A DNA stretch of 64,000 nucleotides from Histomonas meleagridis 2922-C6/04-290x (taxonomy: Eukaryota; Protista; Parabasalia): NCBI GenBank assembly GCA_020184695.1, contig JAANOX010000033.1, positions 1 through 64,000 of the forward strand. The letters are read 5' to 3'. Position 1 is the first letter of the stretch. Each line of letters starts with the position of its first letter. Below the pieces are notes generated by a model that saw only the letters and a program-made list of their open reading frames with translations, was not told the origin of the DNA and made no database searches. A program made the position numbers and the translations under genes. Of this stretch, positions 10,894-22,203 are shown piece by piece.

Positions 10894-13518
10894 TTATTTT
10901 TGATTTCTTTTTCTTTCCTTATACTCGTCAATTCTCTTTTTTAATTCCACGTCCAGTGTGCATTCCTCCATTTTCAATGGCACCAAAGTGAAAGGGTCGT
11001 TATTATTTGTCAGCAATTGTCTTTCCAAATTCTTTTTATCCATGTAATGACCAGACGGCAATTTCATTGGTTCGTCCATTATATCCATCAACAACTCGTC
11101 CAAAAATTCGTCTGGTGCATCAGAATAATCAATTTGTTGTTTTTCGAATTCTTCTTTTTTCACCTTTAATAATTCTGCGAATTTTTTGAACTCATTAATA
11201 ACATTTTCCGTTTCAGGTGTTTTATGTTTTTCAGCGATTTGAAATGCCTTTTCGAACAATGTATCACAATGAAACGTTTCATTTTCGACCATTTTTTGGA
11301 CAACGAGTTCATCATTTGATACCGCATTAGAAATAGTTAAAAGAGAAACAAATAATTTCCATGGATCGAAACGTAACTCTTCACGTTTATCAACCATCAT
11401 ATATTTTTGTTGATTTACAAATGAATCGATAAACATCAAAATCAATTTTGTAAATTCATCGAGTACAACTTCATCATGAAAACTATTTGGAGCGAAACGA
11501 GAAATATGTACCATTAAATCAATTGATTTATTACATAATAACAACCAATAAGTTAAGTTATTACGTGACAACCAAATTTCGTTTTGTATTTCTTCTTCTA
11601 AATTTTCTCCGGTAAATGTATTAACGTTTTGTGTTGGACTATGATTAGCAGTATAAATTGTTCTAAATAAACTCATTGATTGATCAGCAAAATACATAGT
11701 ATCATCAACTAAGAAATATATGAATTCTTTAATAGTTTTATCGTTTAAATTAGTAAGAAAATATTCTTGAAACTCATTATAATTAAGTAAATAATTCACT
11801 AAATCTGTACATGAAATTCGATATTCGAATCGTTCATAAAGTGATGAATTTGATCCTTTGACTTGTACTGAACTATAAAACTCTAAAATCGATGGGAACA
11901 ATTTATTTAATGAATTCGATATTGATAATATTAAATGTTGATATTCATTTTGATTGGAAACTTTTGCAAATATTTGTATTATTTTCGCTTTTTGTTCTTG
12001 GATTTTGATATAATTCTTATTCACAAATATTAATGATAATTTGTTTAAATATGGAAATGGATCTTTAATTATCTCACAGCCAATAAAGAAATCTAATGTC
12101 ATTGTAATGGAATTTAATATATATTCAGGTAACTTAGCAAATTGAATTGTCGGTTTTATGTTGACATTATTATCATTTGTAACATTACCAATATATAACA
12201 AATAATTTAAACTCATGTCAATGAACTCTAATAAGTTATTCTTACGTGATGGTAATATAATATGACTAAATAATATGGTGTAATTAACTTTGATTGTCTT
12301 AATCTTTTGATTAACAAATTGCTTACTAAGTGGATCTAAGTTCCGTGAATTATTCGCTTCTTCCATTTGATTTAAGTTCTTTTGTATCATCCCTAATAAA
12401 CGGATCAAACTACATGTCATACAATCAATTGACTGTGACGCAAGAAAATAGAAATTAGATACAAACGTTAACGGTTTCGTGGAATTTTCTTTGACGATAC
12501 GCTGAAATTCTTCTTCTTCGTCGGTTGTGATTTCACTCAGAGTTAACGTCTCCTCGGCGATGGGTGAATATGAATTCGGATAATATGGCGTAAATGGATC
12601 AATCTGTGGATACTTGTCACGCATTATTAATGATAATTGGACAATTACACTTTCAACATTAATACAAAATGCTTCAATTCGTTTGTTTTGACTAACTTGA
12701 GTAAATACAAAATTACTTTTCGATAAGACCGAACATTCATTAATGAATTGTTGTAAAACTTTAAGCGTTTCATGCGCTGTAGAAGATAATAATAATATTC
12801 GCATTATTTTGACTAGCTCAAGATGATATACTGATAAGTATTCATCTAAATGTTTGAGTAGTGGAACTGTAACTTGCTCAGGAAGTTCAATAAAGAATTC
12901 TTTAGCATTACTAATTGAGTCTGTTGCAAATACACTTTGGGTAAATAAATTTCGAATCGTTTGATAATACGTTTTGGCCTTCGATAGAATAATCCGAACA
13001 TTTTTTGGTGTTATTAAGCGTTCGAACGTTTGAAGATATGGAACACATAAACTTTGCTTTTGTAATGAAATAGTATGAGAAACTTCGTAAAGGACTTTGG
13101 TAAAAATTTCAGTGACTGCTTCATCTTGGCCTTCAATGGATTTAGTGAATTCCAAATACCATTCATCTGAAAATTTCTCATATATCAAAAATGTTCGAAA
13201 GTCGTTGATAAGACGTCCTTCTGTGTAGTTTTCGTCGAGGAATTGTGGAATACTCATTAACACAGGTATATATTTAAATGTGTTCTTGATGAAATCCGTC
13301 ATAAATGAGCGATCATTTGGAAGAAAAGTCATTTTTAATAATAAGTCAACACTCGAAATTCGAGAAAAGTCAATAAAAGAACCAATGCTCATAATGAAAC
13401 TATCATAATCTATTGCATTTTGTGTAAGATTTTTAAATAGAGTTACAAGCGATGCTGAATCTGTTGATGGAATTGACTTAGAAAATATGGATAAAGCAGA
13501 ATCTTCGAAGTTGCTCAT
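10894..13518 (-). CDS. UFD2: Ubiquitin conjugation factor E4 (Ufd2/UBE4-like), C-terminal U-box
   Basis: C-terminal DAPDEFLDELLMDIMDEPMKLPSG...DPFT; Ufd2-core-like FYSSVQ...YERFEYR. Confidence 0.8.
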   Translation of the reverse strand: MSNFEDSALSIFSKSIPSTDSASLVTLFKNLTQNAIDYDSFIMSIGSFIDFSRISSVDLLLKMTFLPNDRSFMTDFIKNTFKYIPVLMSIPQFLDENYTEGRLINDFRTFLIYEKFSDEWYLEFTKSIEGQDEAVTEIFTKVLYEVSHTISLQKQSLCVPYLQTFERLITPKNVRIILSKAKTYYQTIRNLFTQSVFATDSISNAKEFFIELPEQVTVPLLKHLDEYLSVYHLELVKIMRILLLSSTAHETLKVLQQFINECSVLSKSNFVFTQVSQNKRIEAFCINVESVIVQLSLIMRDKYPQIDPFTPYYPNSYSPIAEETLTLSEITTDEEEEFQRIVKENSTKPLTFVSNFYFLASQSIDCMTCSLIRLLGMIQKNLNQMEEANNSRNLDPLSKQFVNQKIKTIKVNYTILFSHIILPSRKNNLLEFIDMSLNYLLYIGNVTNDNNVNIKPTIQFAKLPEYILNSITMTLDFFIGCEIIKDPFPYLNKLSLIFVNKNYIKIQEQKAKIIQIFAKVSNQNEYQHLILSISNSLNKLFPSILEFYSSVQVKGSNSSLYERFEYRISCTDLVNYLLNYNEFQEYFLTNLNDKTIKEFIYFLVDDTMYFADQSMSLFRTIYTANHSPTQNVNTFTGENLEEEIQNEIWLSRNNLTYWLLLCNKSIDLMVHISRFAPNSFHDEVVLDEFTKLILMFIDSFVNQQKYMMVDKREELRFDPWKLFVSLLTISNAVSNDELVVQKMVENETFHCDTLFEKAFQIAEKHKTPETENVINEFKKFAELLKVKKEEFEKQQIDYSDAPDEFLDELLMDIMDEPMKLPSGHYMDKKNLERQLLTNNNDPFTLVPLKMEECTLDVELKKRIDEYKERKRNQK

Positions 13519-14101
13519 TGGTTTTGGATTTAATCAAGATTTTCAAATTGGTCAGTTAATGGGGGGCCTCATAATTAACGGTGGCTTCATAAACAGCGTT
13601 CACCAAAAAGTTTGACTTGCTATCAAAGGAAAAAAATAAAAAGTTCTGATGATATAGAATATCTTTAATAATGTAAAGTATTAGGATTCCCTCTTGAAAT
13701 GAATTAATGAATTAATTTGTTAATATCTCCTAAGTCTTAATTCAGATAAGGATCCTTTTATCTGTTGTTCTTCTTCCTTATCATTGTCATAATCCCCAAA
13801 ATCATGTCGTCAATAGCGTGAATATCAGAGAATTAGTCCTTATATTAACAATATTTCTTCAGAATTTTTTGGTTTTTCTCCATTTCAAACACAAAATTCT
13901 TGTGTTTCTCATAGAAAATTGGGTGAAAAAAGTTTTATAAGTGTTTTGTCACTAAGTAATGCAAAACATTTTACTTTAAATGTAAACGTTTTTATTGTAC
14001 TTAGGTGTTGAATTCTCAATACTTTTGTTGCTTTAACTTTATTTATAAAAAGCATTTTATTGAATAATATTTATATAATAAAAGAAAACAAGAAAAAAAT
14101 T

Positions 14102-14574
14102 TATTTTTCACTATTAATTGTCATTTATTTCATAAATACTTTTCAAACATTTAATAATTCTACAAATACACTTTCAATAACAAATGAAAGTGAATTTAAT
14201 CAAACATAACAAAATATTACAGAACAAATTATTATTGAAGAAGGATTTTTTGATATACCAGATAATACATTTTCTCATGGAAGAGAATTATTTCAGTTTA
14301 TTATATAGGAGATTCAGCATTTTCTTATTGTTCTTCATTAGAAATTATTAATTTTGGTGATAATCTAACAACAATTGGAAATTACGCATATTGGAAATGC
14401 TCTTCATTAAAAATTAATAAATTAAATGAAAATTTAACATTAATTGGAAGTTCAGCATTTTGTTATTGTTCTTCATTAGAAATTATTAATTTTCAAAATG
14501 CATTAACAACTAATATTGATGAAGATCCATTTGCAGATGATTTTATAGAAGAAAAATTTATCACTCAAATTTAG
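14102..14574 (+). pseudogene. BspA-like LRR relic fused directly to a family C-terminal tail
   Basis: LLIVIYFINTFQTFNNSTNTLSIT N-cap, SAF(S/C)YCSSLEIINF LRR units with stops and frameshifts, ending NIDEDPFADDFIEEKFITQI*. Confidence 0.75.
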
Positions 14575-15037
14575 AAGTTAGTAAAAATAAAAATAAACTA
14601 AAAATAATATATTTTAAAATCTGAAATGTTATAACTTGTTTATATATTTTAATATATGAGAAAATGTTGTAAACACTGTGAAAAGCTTTCTACCTGATGG
14701 TTTATATAAATTATAGCTAGCTAATGGTAAAGAAGTCTATTATAATTTTAATGATATAAACCATATATAAAAATTTATATATGTAAAATCAGAACTTCAT
14801 TGAACAACTGAAAATTTTTTAAATATAATCTTAACACTATTAAAATTGCTTGGCTTTGTTAATGATGAAATATAAAATTGATATGAATGTTGGATACAAA
14901 ATAATATTTATCACATAGTTGTGAACAAGAATTTAATGATGAGAGATAGTTACGAAAAAATTTATTAAAGTTATTGACATATAATATATTTTTACTCACA
15001 CAAAGATATATTCGCAATAAAACATTTTATATGAAAT

Positions 15038-17413
15038 TCAGTTAATTTCATCAATGACTTCTTCGTCCGAATTATTTTCATCACTTATTTCTTCATTTTC
15101 TTCTTCATCAGCATTAAAGTCAACAATTGTTTCGTCGACAGAATGAATTTCGTTTTTGTTTTTGTCCGATTCATTTTTATCATCTTCTGAATGAAGTTCG
15201 CTGTTTTCTGATTTGACTTCTTCAGCATCATTAACTTCTTCAATTTCTTCTTTTTCTGATTGAATTTCTTCGATTGTTTCGTCTTCTGAATGTAGTTCGC
15301 TGTTTTCTGATTTGATCTCTTCAGCACCGTTAACTTCCTCGATTTTATCATCTTCTGAATGACTTTTTTCGTTATCATTGTTTTCGCTGATTTCTTCTTT
15401 ATCTGATTGAATTTCTTCGATTTTTTCGTCTTCTGAATGAAGTTCGCTGTTTTCTGATTTGACTTCTTCAGCATCATTAACTTCTTCGATTTCTTCTTTA
15501 TCTGATTGAATTTCTTCGATTTTTTCGTCTTCTGAATGTAGTTCGCTGTTTTCTGATTTAACTTCTTCAGCATCTTTAACTTCTTCGATCTCTGATTTTG
15601 TTTCACTATTTTCAATTTGAATTTCTTCTATTTCATCTTTATCAGAATCAAATTTATTAATTTCCGATTTGTTTTCTTCTTTTTCATCTGTTTCTGATTT
15701 CTCTGATTTGTTATTTGAATGAACTTCTTCAATTTTATCTGAATCTGATTTCTCTGGTTTGACTTCTTCGTTATCCGAATGAAATTCTTCAATTTTACCT
15801 GAATATGATTTCTCTGTTTTGACTTCTTCATTATCCGAATGAACTTCTTCAATTTTATCTGAACATGATTTAATTTCTTCTTTCTCTGATTTCTCTGATT
15901 TGACTTCTTCGTTATCTGAATTCTTTTCCCCACTTTCTGATTTCATTTCGTTCTTATTTATTTCTGTTTCTTCTTTTCCTGATTTAATTTCTTCGCCATC
16001 AGAATGAACTTCTTCAATTTTATCATTTTCTGATTTGATTTCTTCTTTATCTGGTTTGACTTCTTCATTATCTGAATTCTTTTCCCCATTTCCTGATTTA
16101 ATTTCTTCTTCATCAGAATGAACTTCTTCAATTTTATCATTTTCTGATTTGATTTCTTTATTATCCGAATGCTTTTTATCATTTTCTGATTTAGTTTCAT
16201 TTCTTTCTGAATCTTCTTCGACAATTTCCATTTCATTTTTATCTGATTTTGCATTTTCTTCCACTTCCTTCAGCGGTGGTAGCGCAACGTTTCCTATTAT
16301 CCCTCTTGTTACAGTATTTGCTTCTCTATGCTTTGTTGGTGTCGTTACTCTTCTTTTGTTTGGCTTTACAATTGCAATTTTTTTGTCTTTTTCTTCTTTT
16401 CGCTTTGGCACTGACGGATCGATCACATTGCCAACAACAGATCTTCCAAAAGGAAGTTCCGCAACAATTACTCTGCATTTCATTGCAGCCCTTCGACAAT
16501 GTAAGTCACAGTCAAACTCCGAAATGTTTTTAAGAAAAGATGGAATAAGTTGATCTTTTGCAATTCTTTCTTTACCTTCTTTTGGCACAGCTAACAAAGT
16601 TAATAATGAAATAACAGACATCCGTAATTCAATTTTTGGAGATTTTAGCAATGGCCCGATTTGAGATAAGATATTTGAATGAAGTAATGCAAGTTTACCA
16701 TTATGACTATTATCCATTGCAATGTTTTCGCAGAGGTTTATTGAAAGTTTTTGAAGTTGTGGATCTGTTATTGACTTGATAATTATTTTTAATAATGATT
16801 TATTATCAATTAATGGTACTCGAATTGTTTGATTGTTAGTGAGAATTGAAAGAAGAGGAAACAATTCCATGAGTAAAGGAGTTGATGGGTATGAGGATGA
16901 TGCAACTACAATTTTGATTGGAATATCACCTTCAAAAAATTCAGGTATAGAGCCTAATAATTCTGAAATTTTGTGAAGTAATGAAGCTGATGCAATGCGT
17001 AGAGGAGGTTCTATTTGAGGATCTAATATTTCAACAATTCTGGGAATGTCATCAATAATTTGTGAAGCAGCTTCAAGAGTATCAACAATAGTATTAAGAA
17101 CAAGCAAAGTATTAAGAAGGAGACCTCCTGGTGGTTGTAATAAAAGAGGTCGTAAAGCTTCAAAAGCATCAAGATAAATAGCTTCTGCTTGACGACCTGG
17201 GAGAATATCATTAAGCAGCCTAAGTGCCTTTGTCTTTGCAATACATGGCGCTTGTGAATCATAAATAATTTCTAATAAATGAGAAATATCTCTATGCCCA
17301 TTTCCTAACGAAATTTCATTCGGATCAACTTGTTCAATAAATGGCTTATCTGTATAAGGAACACGTTTTTGTAAAGATTGTGGAACCCAATGGGCTGATG
17401 GAGTTCTCGCCAT
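15038..17413 (-). CDS. ARM-repeat protein resembling radial spoke protein RSPH14/RTDR1, with a long acidic repetitive tail
   Basis: N-terminal ~330 aa of leucine-rich helical repeats with SLGNGHRDISHL (recalled as similar to the RSPH14 AYGHRALPKL segment); C-terminal E/S/K/D repeats. Confidence 0.6.
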   Translation of the reverse strand: MARTPSAHWVPQSLQKRVPYTDKPFIEQVDPNEISLGNGHRDISHLLEIIYDSQAPCIAKTKALRLLNDILPGRQAEAIYLDAFEALRPLLLQPPGGLLLNTLLVLNTIVDTLEAASQIIDDIPRIVEILDPQIEPPLRIASASLLHKISELLGSIPEFFEGDIPIKIVVASSSYPSTPLLMELFPLLSILTNNQTIRVPLIDNKSLLKIIIKSITDPQLQKLSINLCENIAMDNSHNGKLALLHSNILSQIGPLLKSPKIELRMSVISLLTLLAVPKEGKERIAKDQLIPSFLKNISEFDCDLHCRRAAMKCRVIVAELPFGRSVVGNVIDPSVPKRKEEKDKKIAIVKPNKRRVTTPTKHREANTVTRGIIGNVALPPLKEVEENAKSDKNEMEIVEEDSERNETKSENDKKHSDNKEIKSENDKIEEVHSDEEEIKSGNGEKNSDNEEVKPDKEEIKSENDKIEEVHSDGEEIKSGKEETEINKNEMKSESGEKNSDNEEVKSEKSEKEEIKSCSDKIEEVHSDNEEVKTEKSYSGKIEEFHSDNEEVKPEKSDSDKIEEVHSNNKSEKSETDEKEENKSEINKFDSDKDEIEEIQIENSETKSEIEEVKDAEEVKSENSELHSEDEKIEEIQSDKEEIEEVNDAEEVKSENSELHSEDEKIEEIQSDKEEISENNDNEKSHSEDDKIEEVNGAEEIKSENSELHSEDETIEEIQSEKEEIEEVNDAEEVKSENSELHSEDDKNESDKNKNEIHSVDETIVDFNADEEENEEISDENNSDEEVIDEIN
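15080..16250 (-). repeat. Coding tandem repeats in the acidic tail
   Basis: Recurrent EEVKSENSELHSEDEKIEEIQSDKEEIEEVNDA and KSENDKIEEVHSD units. Confidence 0.85.
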
Positions 17414-17534
17414 TTTTGGGAGAAAAAACGTATTTAAACGTTTTTTGCCGTTGGCCGTTTAAGTACCCCAATGAAGACGTTAATTCTAGGCTACTGCAAA
17501 AAGTGACTGGTTCAATAGAAACAAGACTTGGTCA

Positions 17535-19877
17535 ATGGAACCCAAAAAGGAGCAAGAATTGATTAAAGAAATGCTAGATGACCTTCTCCTTTCTGCAAAA
17601 CTTCTTGAATATGGTAATCAAACTGAACAAATTGCTGAAATTGATATCAGTCAAATCAATGTATTCTTCTCAAACATTTTTCCTTCCACAAAAGGAGAGA
17701 CAGATGGGCGTTCTTTTTTTGCTAGGAATGGCATTGACACAGCGCAAAATGAAAATATTATCGAGAACTTATCTAAGCGTGAGAAAAAAGTTAAAACTGA
17801 TACAGAAGGAGAACCTAAAGAAGATCAAAGTCCTATTTTTGAGTCAAGTACTCAAATAATCAGAACAGACTTCCTAAATAATAAGAAAATTCAACAATGG
17901 AAAAATATTGTTCAGAGGAATGTTTCTTCCAAAGAAGAGAACTATTTCAATCAATACTTTCCCATTCAACCTGCATATCGTTCTTCTTTTATATCAGATG
18001 TCAAAAAAGATTTTGAATTCTTTAAAGATTTCTTATTTTTCAAACACGACCCCAATTTTGCCAACAAGTGGAAAAGTGATTATTTTTCATCCAAAAAACT
18101 TCCCATATCTGGCAATTATTTCTTAAAAGAATACACCAATTTTCTAATATCCACTTTATTTAACATAGACTCATCTTCCGATAATGAACAAAATGAAGAT
18201 CCAAATAAAAAACAAACAGTTTATACTCCACTTGATTCTATTCAAAATCTTATTGATCTTACTCTTCAAGAATTTAATAATGGAGAACCAGACAAATTTA
18301 AGCATTATGTTTTCCCTGGCCAAGATTTCGATAAATCTCTTAATTTTATCCAACAACTTGAATCACGAAATCACCAAGCACATCTATGGCTTGATATTCT
18401 CCGTGGAAAAGAACGATATTCTAATTATTCCAAAACTCGTCACATTAGTAACGATGACGTTTGTAACTATTTATCTAATGTTAAAAAATCTCCTGCCCAA
18501 AGTGGTAACACAACGCGTTTGCCATCAGTCACTTTTCAGACGACCGTTAACTACAATGAAGACGATAAATTCAAAAATGCTTATCAAGCTTTCTTTAAGT
18601 TTACACCGTTACCTATTGATGATAGTTTTTATATATCACCATTAATACGTGTCTTTATCGCACTATTACCCAATCGAAGAAAACTCCGAGCACATGATGA
18701 TGTCAAACACACATTTAATCGTGTTTTAGAAGAAACAGAACTTAAAGAAATTCTTCAACAAAGTAAATTTGAAGGTATAGATCAACTTTTATCACCATTT
18801 ATATATTCATTATGTGATTATCATAGTACATCAATGCGAATTCTTCAACAATTTATATTAGAGCAACGTTTTCCTAATTATAATTCATCATTATTTCATA
18901 TCTGTTATTTGACATCTAAGTTAATACCGTTAGAATTTACAAATTCATTTCCAAAGTTTGTCTATGAATATGTTCGATTATTACCACAAACATCAGAGAT
19001 GGTTAAAATTGCACTTCATTACCTCGCTGGATTAGGGAGTTATAACTTATCAAATTATTTCATATTTAAATATTTATCACAACTTGATATCGAGAAAGTA
19101 TCGATTGACATTGGCTTTATTAACACCAAAGCTAATGAAAACAAAAACAATTTTAATCGATTTTATCTACATTTAATATTATCACAAAATAAAGAAAATA
19201 AATTCGGAGGGTTAAAGCGAACTAATGTATTAAATATATTCATCATATTTAAGTTGTTTAATCCTGTAATAACTTATTACACAACAAAATTCTCGGATCC
19301 AAATAATTATAAGAAATTTAACTTCTCGTTAAATGAACTTAAAGAATTAATAAAAATTGGAAACTTCTTGTTAACAAATGTTAACAACGAAATTAATGAT
19401 ATTTCGACATTTAAGAATTCGTTTATATATATATCAATTCTTTCATTAAGTAAATGTGATCAATATTCATATTCCGAATTAAAAAGTATAATACATTACG
19501 TATCGAATGTTAACTTAGAAAACGTCGAAAACTTTGAATGCTTTAACATATTGAAGAAATTCGCAATTGTTTTATGCGCATTTGAAAATGGTAAAAACGT
19601 TTTAAATGTTTACCAAAAAGAAAATAATAATAATGAAAAGGTATCAGTTAGTAAAAGTGTTATAAATGATTATAATGTATTAAGCAAATATGGAATAGAA
19701 CAATTCACTGTCTTCGGAGAAGTGTTCTTGAAAATTGTTTACGAATTAATGAAAGACGTGGATGAAAACATTGGCGAAATTATGGAACTGCTGAACTTCT
19801 CAAAAAGAGCGTACTTTAGCGATAAGATTTATCGAAAATTGGTATCTGTTTATGATAAATTCGATGACTTTTATTAG
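17535..19877 (+). CDS. Hypothetical protein (780 aa)
   Basis: Long uninterrupted ORF, head-to-head with 15038-17413 across 121 bp; no motif recognised. Confidence 0.75.
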   Translation: MEPKKEQELIKEMLDDLLLSAKLLEYGNQTEQIAEIDISQINVFFSNIFPSTKGETDGRSFFARNGIDTAQNENIIENLSKREKKVKTDTEGEPKEDQSPIFESSTQIIRTDFLNNKKIQQWKNIVQRNVSSKEENYFNQYFPIQPAYRSSFISDVKKDFEFFKDFLFFKHDPNFANKWKSDYFSSKKLPISGNYFLKEYTNFLISTLFNIDSSSDNEQNEDPNKKQTVYTPLDSIQNLIDLTLQEFNNGEPDKFKHYVFPGQDFDKSLNFIQQLESRNHQAHLWLDILRGKERYSNYSKTRHISNDDVCNYLSNVKKSPAQSGNTTRLPSVTFQTTVNYNEDDKFKNAYQAFFKFTPLPIDDSFYISPLIRVFIALLPNRRKLRAHDDVKHTFNRVLEETELKEILQQSKFEGIDQLLSPFIYSLCDYHSTSMRILQQFILEQRFPNYNSSLFHICYLTSKLIPLEFTNSFPKFVYEYVRLLPQTSEMVKIALHYLAGLGSYNLSNYFIFKYLSQLDIEKVSIDIGFINTKANENKNNFNRFYLHLILSQNKENKFGGLKRTNVLNIFIIFKLFNPVITYYTTKFSDPNNYKKFNFSLNELKELIKIGNFLLTNVNNEINDISTFKNSFIYISILSLSKCDQYSYSELKSIIHYVSNVNLENVENFECFNILKKFAIVLCAFENGKNVLNVYQKENNNNEKVSVSKSVINDYNVLSKYGIEQFTVFGEVFLKIVYELMKDVDENIGEIMELLNFSKRAYFSDKIYRKLVSVYDKFDDFY

Positions 19878-20709
19878 AAATATTTATATGATTGATTAAA
19901 TAATAAATAAAATTTGAAATTATTAATATGTAAATAAATTTTTTTTAAGAAGAAAAATGTGCTTCGAACAGTTTTAAATAAAACGAATTTTAATATTGTA
20001 TTTGTGATAATAATAAAGTGTTCAACAAACTTTGTATAATAGCATAAACATTTGCATGCAAAAGAAGTTTAGACAAGCCAACGGCTTTGGAAAAAAAATT
20101 ATATTTATTTTCATCTCAATCACAATATCAATGTTGGAACAAACATTGGATTTCTCACTAAGCTTGAAAAAATAATTTTTAATTTAACACAAAAAATCTT
20201 GAATAATCAAGCGAAGAAACATTAAAATTGATTTAAATTTCATATAATTTAATTAATAGTTATTTTTGTTTTTTCTGCTATATATTTAGGTAACTTATAA
20301 AAAATACTTATGAAAGAAAAAATATTATAAATAAAGATTATCTAAACATTTTACAAATATTTGATGACTATATCACTGAAATTAAAAGTTTTAATTTAAA
20401 ACACAAGAATCATATTATTTATAAGGGTTATAAAATAATATTAGAAACTTAGTAAAACAGTTTTTTATTAGCAAATGGTCATGTTGAAATTGTTAAACTA
20501 ATATATAAAGATTATTACAATAAGAGATATGATAAAGATAACATACATATGATTAACTTTTCTTTTTTCGTGTCTTATTATTATTAGTTTTTATCATTGA
20601 GTATCTAAGTTAAAAAATGAATAAATGCTAATTAGAGAAATGAACTTCTATAAACGTTCTCACAAACTTTTTAAATCAAAAACCGCTCACGCTAAGCCAA
20701 TCCACAAAG

Positions 20710-21045
20710 ATGTTCAATCAGCAAAAAATGTTGGAGCAAATGGGATTCCCAGTTCCACAGCCACCAAAGATATATATTCAACGATATAAGGAATCTGTTA
20801 TTAGATTTCTTACAAGTTTTATAATAGGAATTTCTTCAAGATTATTATCAGTTCCTTTTTCTGTAGGAACAATGATTTGGGGAATTGTTTATGTAACAGC
20901 GACATGTTTTATTCTTTTTACAAAAATTCCAAAGGAACCATCTTTTGGTGCAGAAATCAAATTTTCTTTCCAGCATTTCATATTGTTTTTGGTGATGTAT
21001 TCATTTATAGACTGTTGTATAAAGACCTTTGCCAGTCAAAATTAA
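20710..21045 (+). CDS. Small three-TM membrane protein, possibly Rab5ip/EMC6-like family
   Basis: 111 aa with three hydrophobic stretches spaced like Rab5ip-family proteins; the family call is tentative. Confidence 0.5.
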   Translation: MFNQQKMLEQMGFPVPQPPKIYIQRYKESVIRFLTSFIIGISSRLLSVPFSVGTMIWGIVYVTATCFILFTKIPKEPSFGAEIKFSFQHFILFLVMYSFIDCCIKTFASQN

Positions 21046-21212
21046 TAAAAAATATTTGATTTAAAAAATTAGTACATAATTATTTTAATGAAGAAAAATC
21101 AAACACACACAACTCTCATGTTTGCAGTGTAGTTTTTTTAAGCTCTTTTTATAAATCTTATTTTTACTATGAATAAAGATTTTTATTTCGTTATTTCCTT
21201 AAAATTTTAAAG

Positions 21213-21794
21213 TTAGCAGCACTTCTTTTGTGTCTGATCTCCTGTTATGTCGCGAGTTATTTTTTCTTGGTTTTGGGGGAGATTTTTGTTTAACGATAAT
21301 GTTCCTGCTTCTACAAAAATATCATATATACCTTTGTCTTCAATAGCGCTGCATTCCATATATGTGGCTGAGATAGATTCCGCAAACTGTTCTCCTACCT
21401 GTGTTGATACGGCTCTTGGTAAGTCGATCTTGTTTCCAACAACTATTATAGATGGCATAACGTGGGAATCGGCTTTTATATCATTATACCAATTTTGTAA
21501 CTCGTTCAAACTTTGTTGAGAATCAACAGAAAAAACTAAGATAGCAACATGACAGTCTCGGTAATACATTGGCGTAAGAGCTCTGAAACGTTCTTGTCCT
21601 GCTGTGTCCCAAATTTTGAGTTTTACTTCGGTTCCATCAATCATTATTTTTTGTAATGAAAAACAAGCACCAACAGTTGGTTGATGTTCTGCTTTAAATT
21701 CATTATGGAAAAATGCTGAAATTATACTCGTTTTACCAACAGCAGATTCACCAAGAAATACGATTTTGGCTTCCATTCTCTTCATTTCAGACAT
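21213..21794 (-). CDS. Rab-family small GTPase
   Basis: GESAVGKT, WDTAGQERF, GNKID, ECSA, C-terminal CC; first ATG at 21794 (the ORF track start is TTG). Confidence 0.92.
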   Translation of the reverse strand: MSEMKRMEAKIVFLGESAVGKTSIISAFFHNEFKAEHQPTVGACFSLQKIMIDGTEVKLKIWDTAGQERFRALTPMYYRDCHVAILVFSVDSQQSLNELQNWYNDIKADSHVMPSIIVVGNKIDLPRAVSTQVGEQFAESISATYMECSAIEDKGIYDIFVEAGTLSLNKNLPQNQEKITRDITGDQTQKKCC

Positions 21795-22203
21795 TGTAAA
21801 AATCCCAAAAATTGTAACACATTCAAAAATTGGCAAACCGTTCGTCCCGATCGAAACAGTTCGAATTTCTGATATTAACGATAGGGCGCATTGCGTGTTT
21901 TGTACATATTATTTCAGTGATTTACACAGATTTTTGTGAATTTTTTTCTGGTGCAAACCGCAAAAAGTCTCAATTCGAAAAAAATCACTGCAAATGGTAT
22001 AGTGTTTCAGGTGAACCCAATTTAAAAAGAAATAGTGAACAACTGACCCAATATCCATATTCATTTCATTAAAACATATAAATTTATATGCTAAATTTAA
22101 TGATTATTTATGGACAAACAAATGTTTTTAGTGACAAAGAATATTGGCAGGACTTAGAATATATGTCAACACTTATGGATAATGAGCTAAAAAAGATGCT
22201 GAA

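Noticed and set aside
14690-14945. Apparent ghost ORF suggesting nonsense-biased hypermutation
   Set aside because: Five stops in ~85 codons is close to what random ~75% AT DNA would give, so coding origin is unsupported.
15085-16254. Alternative-frame K-rich ORFs (15085-15615, 15628-15933, 15958-16254)
   Set aside because: Frame-shadow artefacts of the purine-rich acidic repeats in the main ORF.
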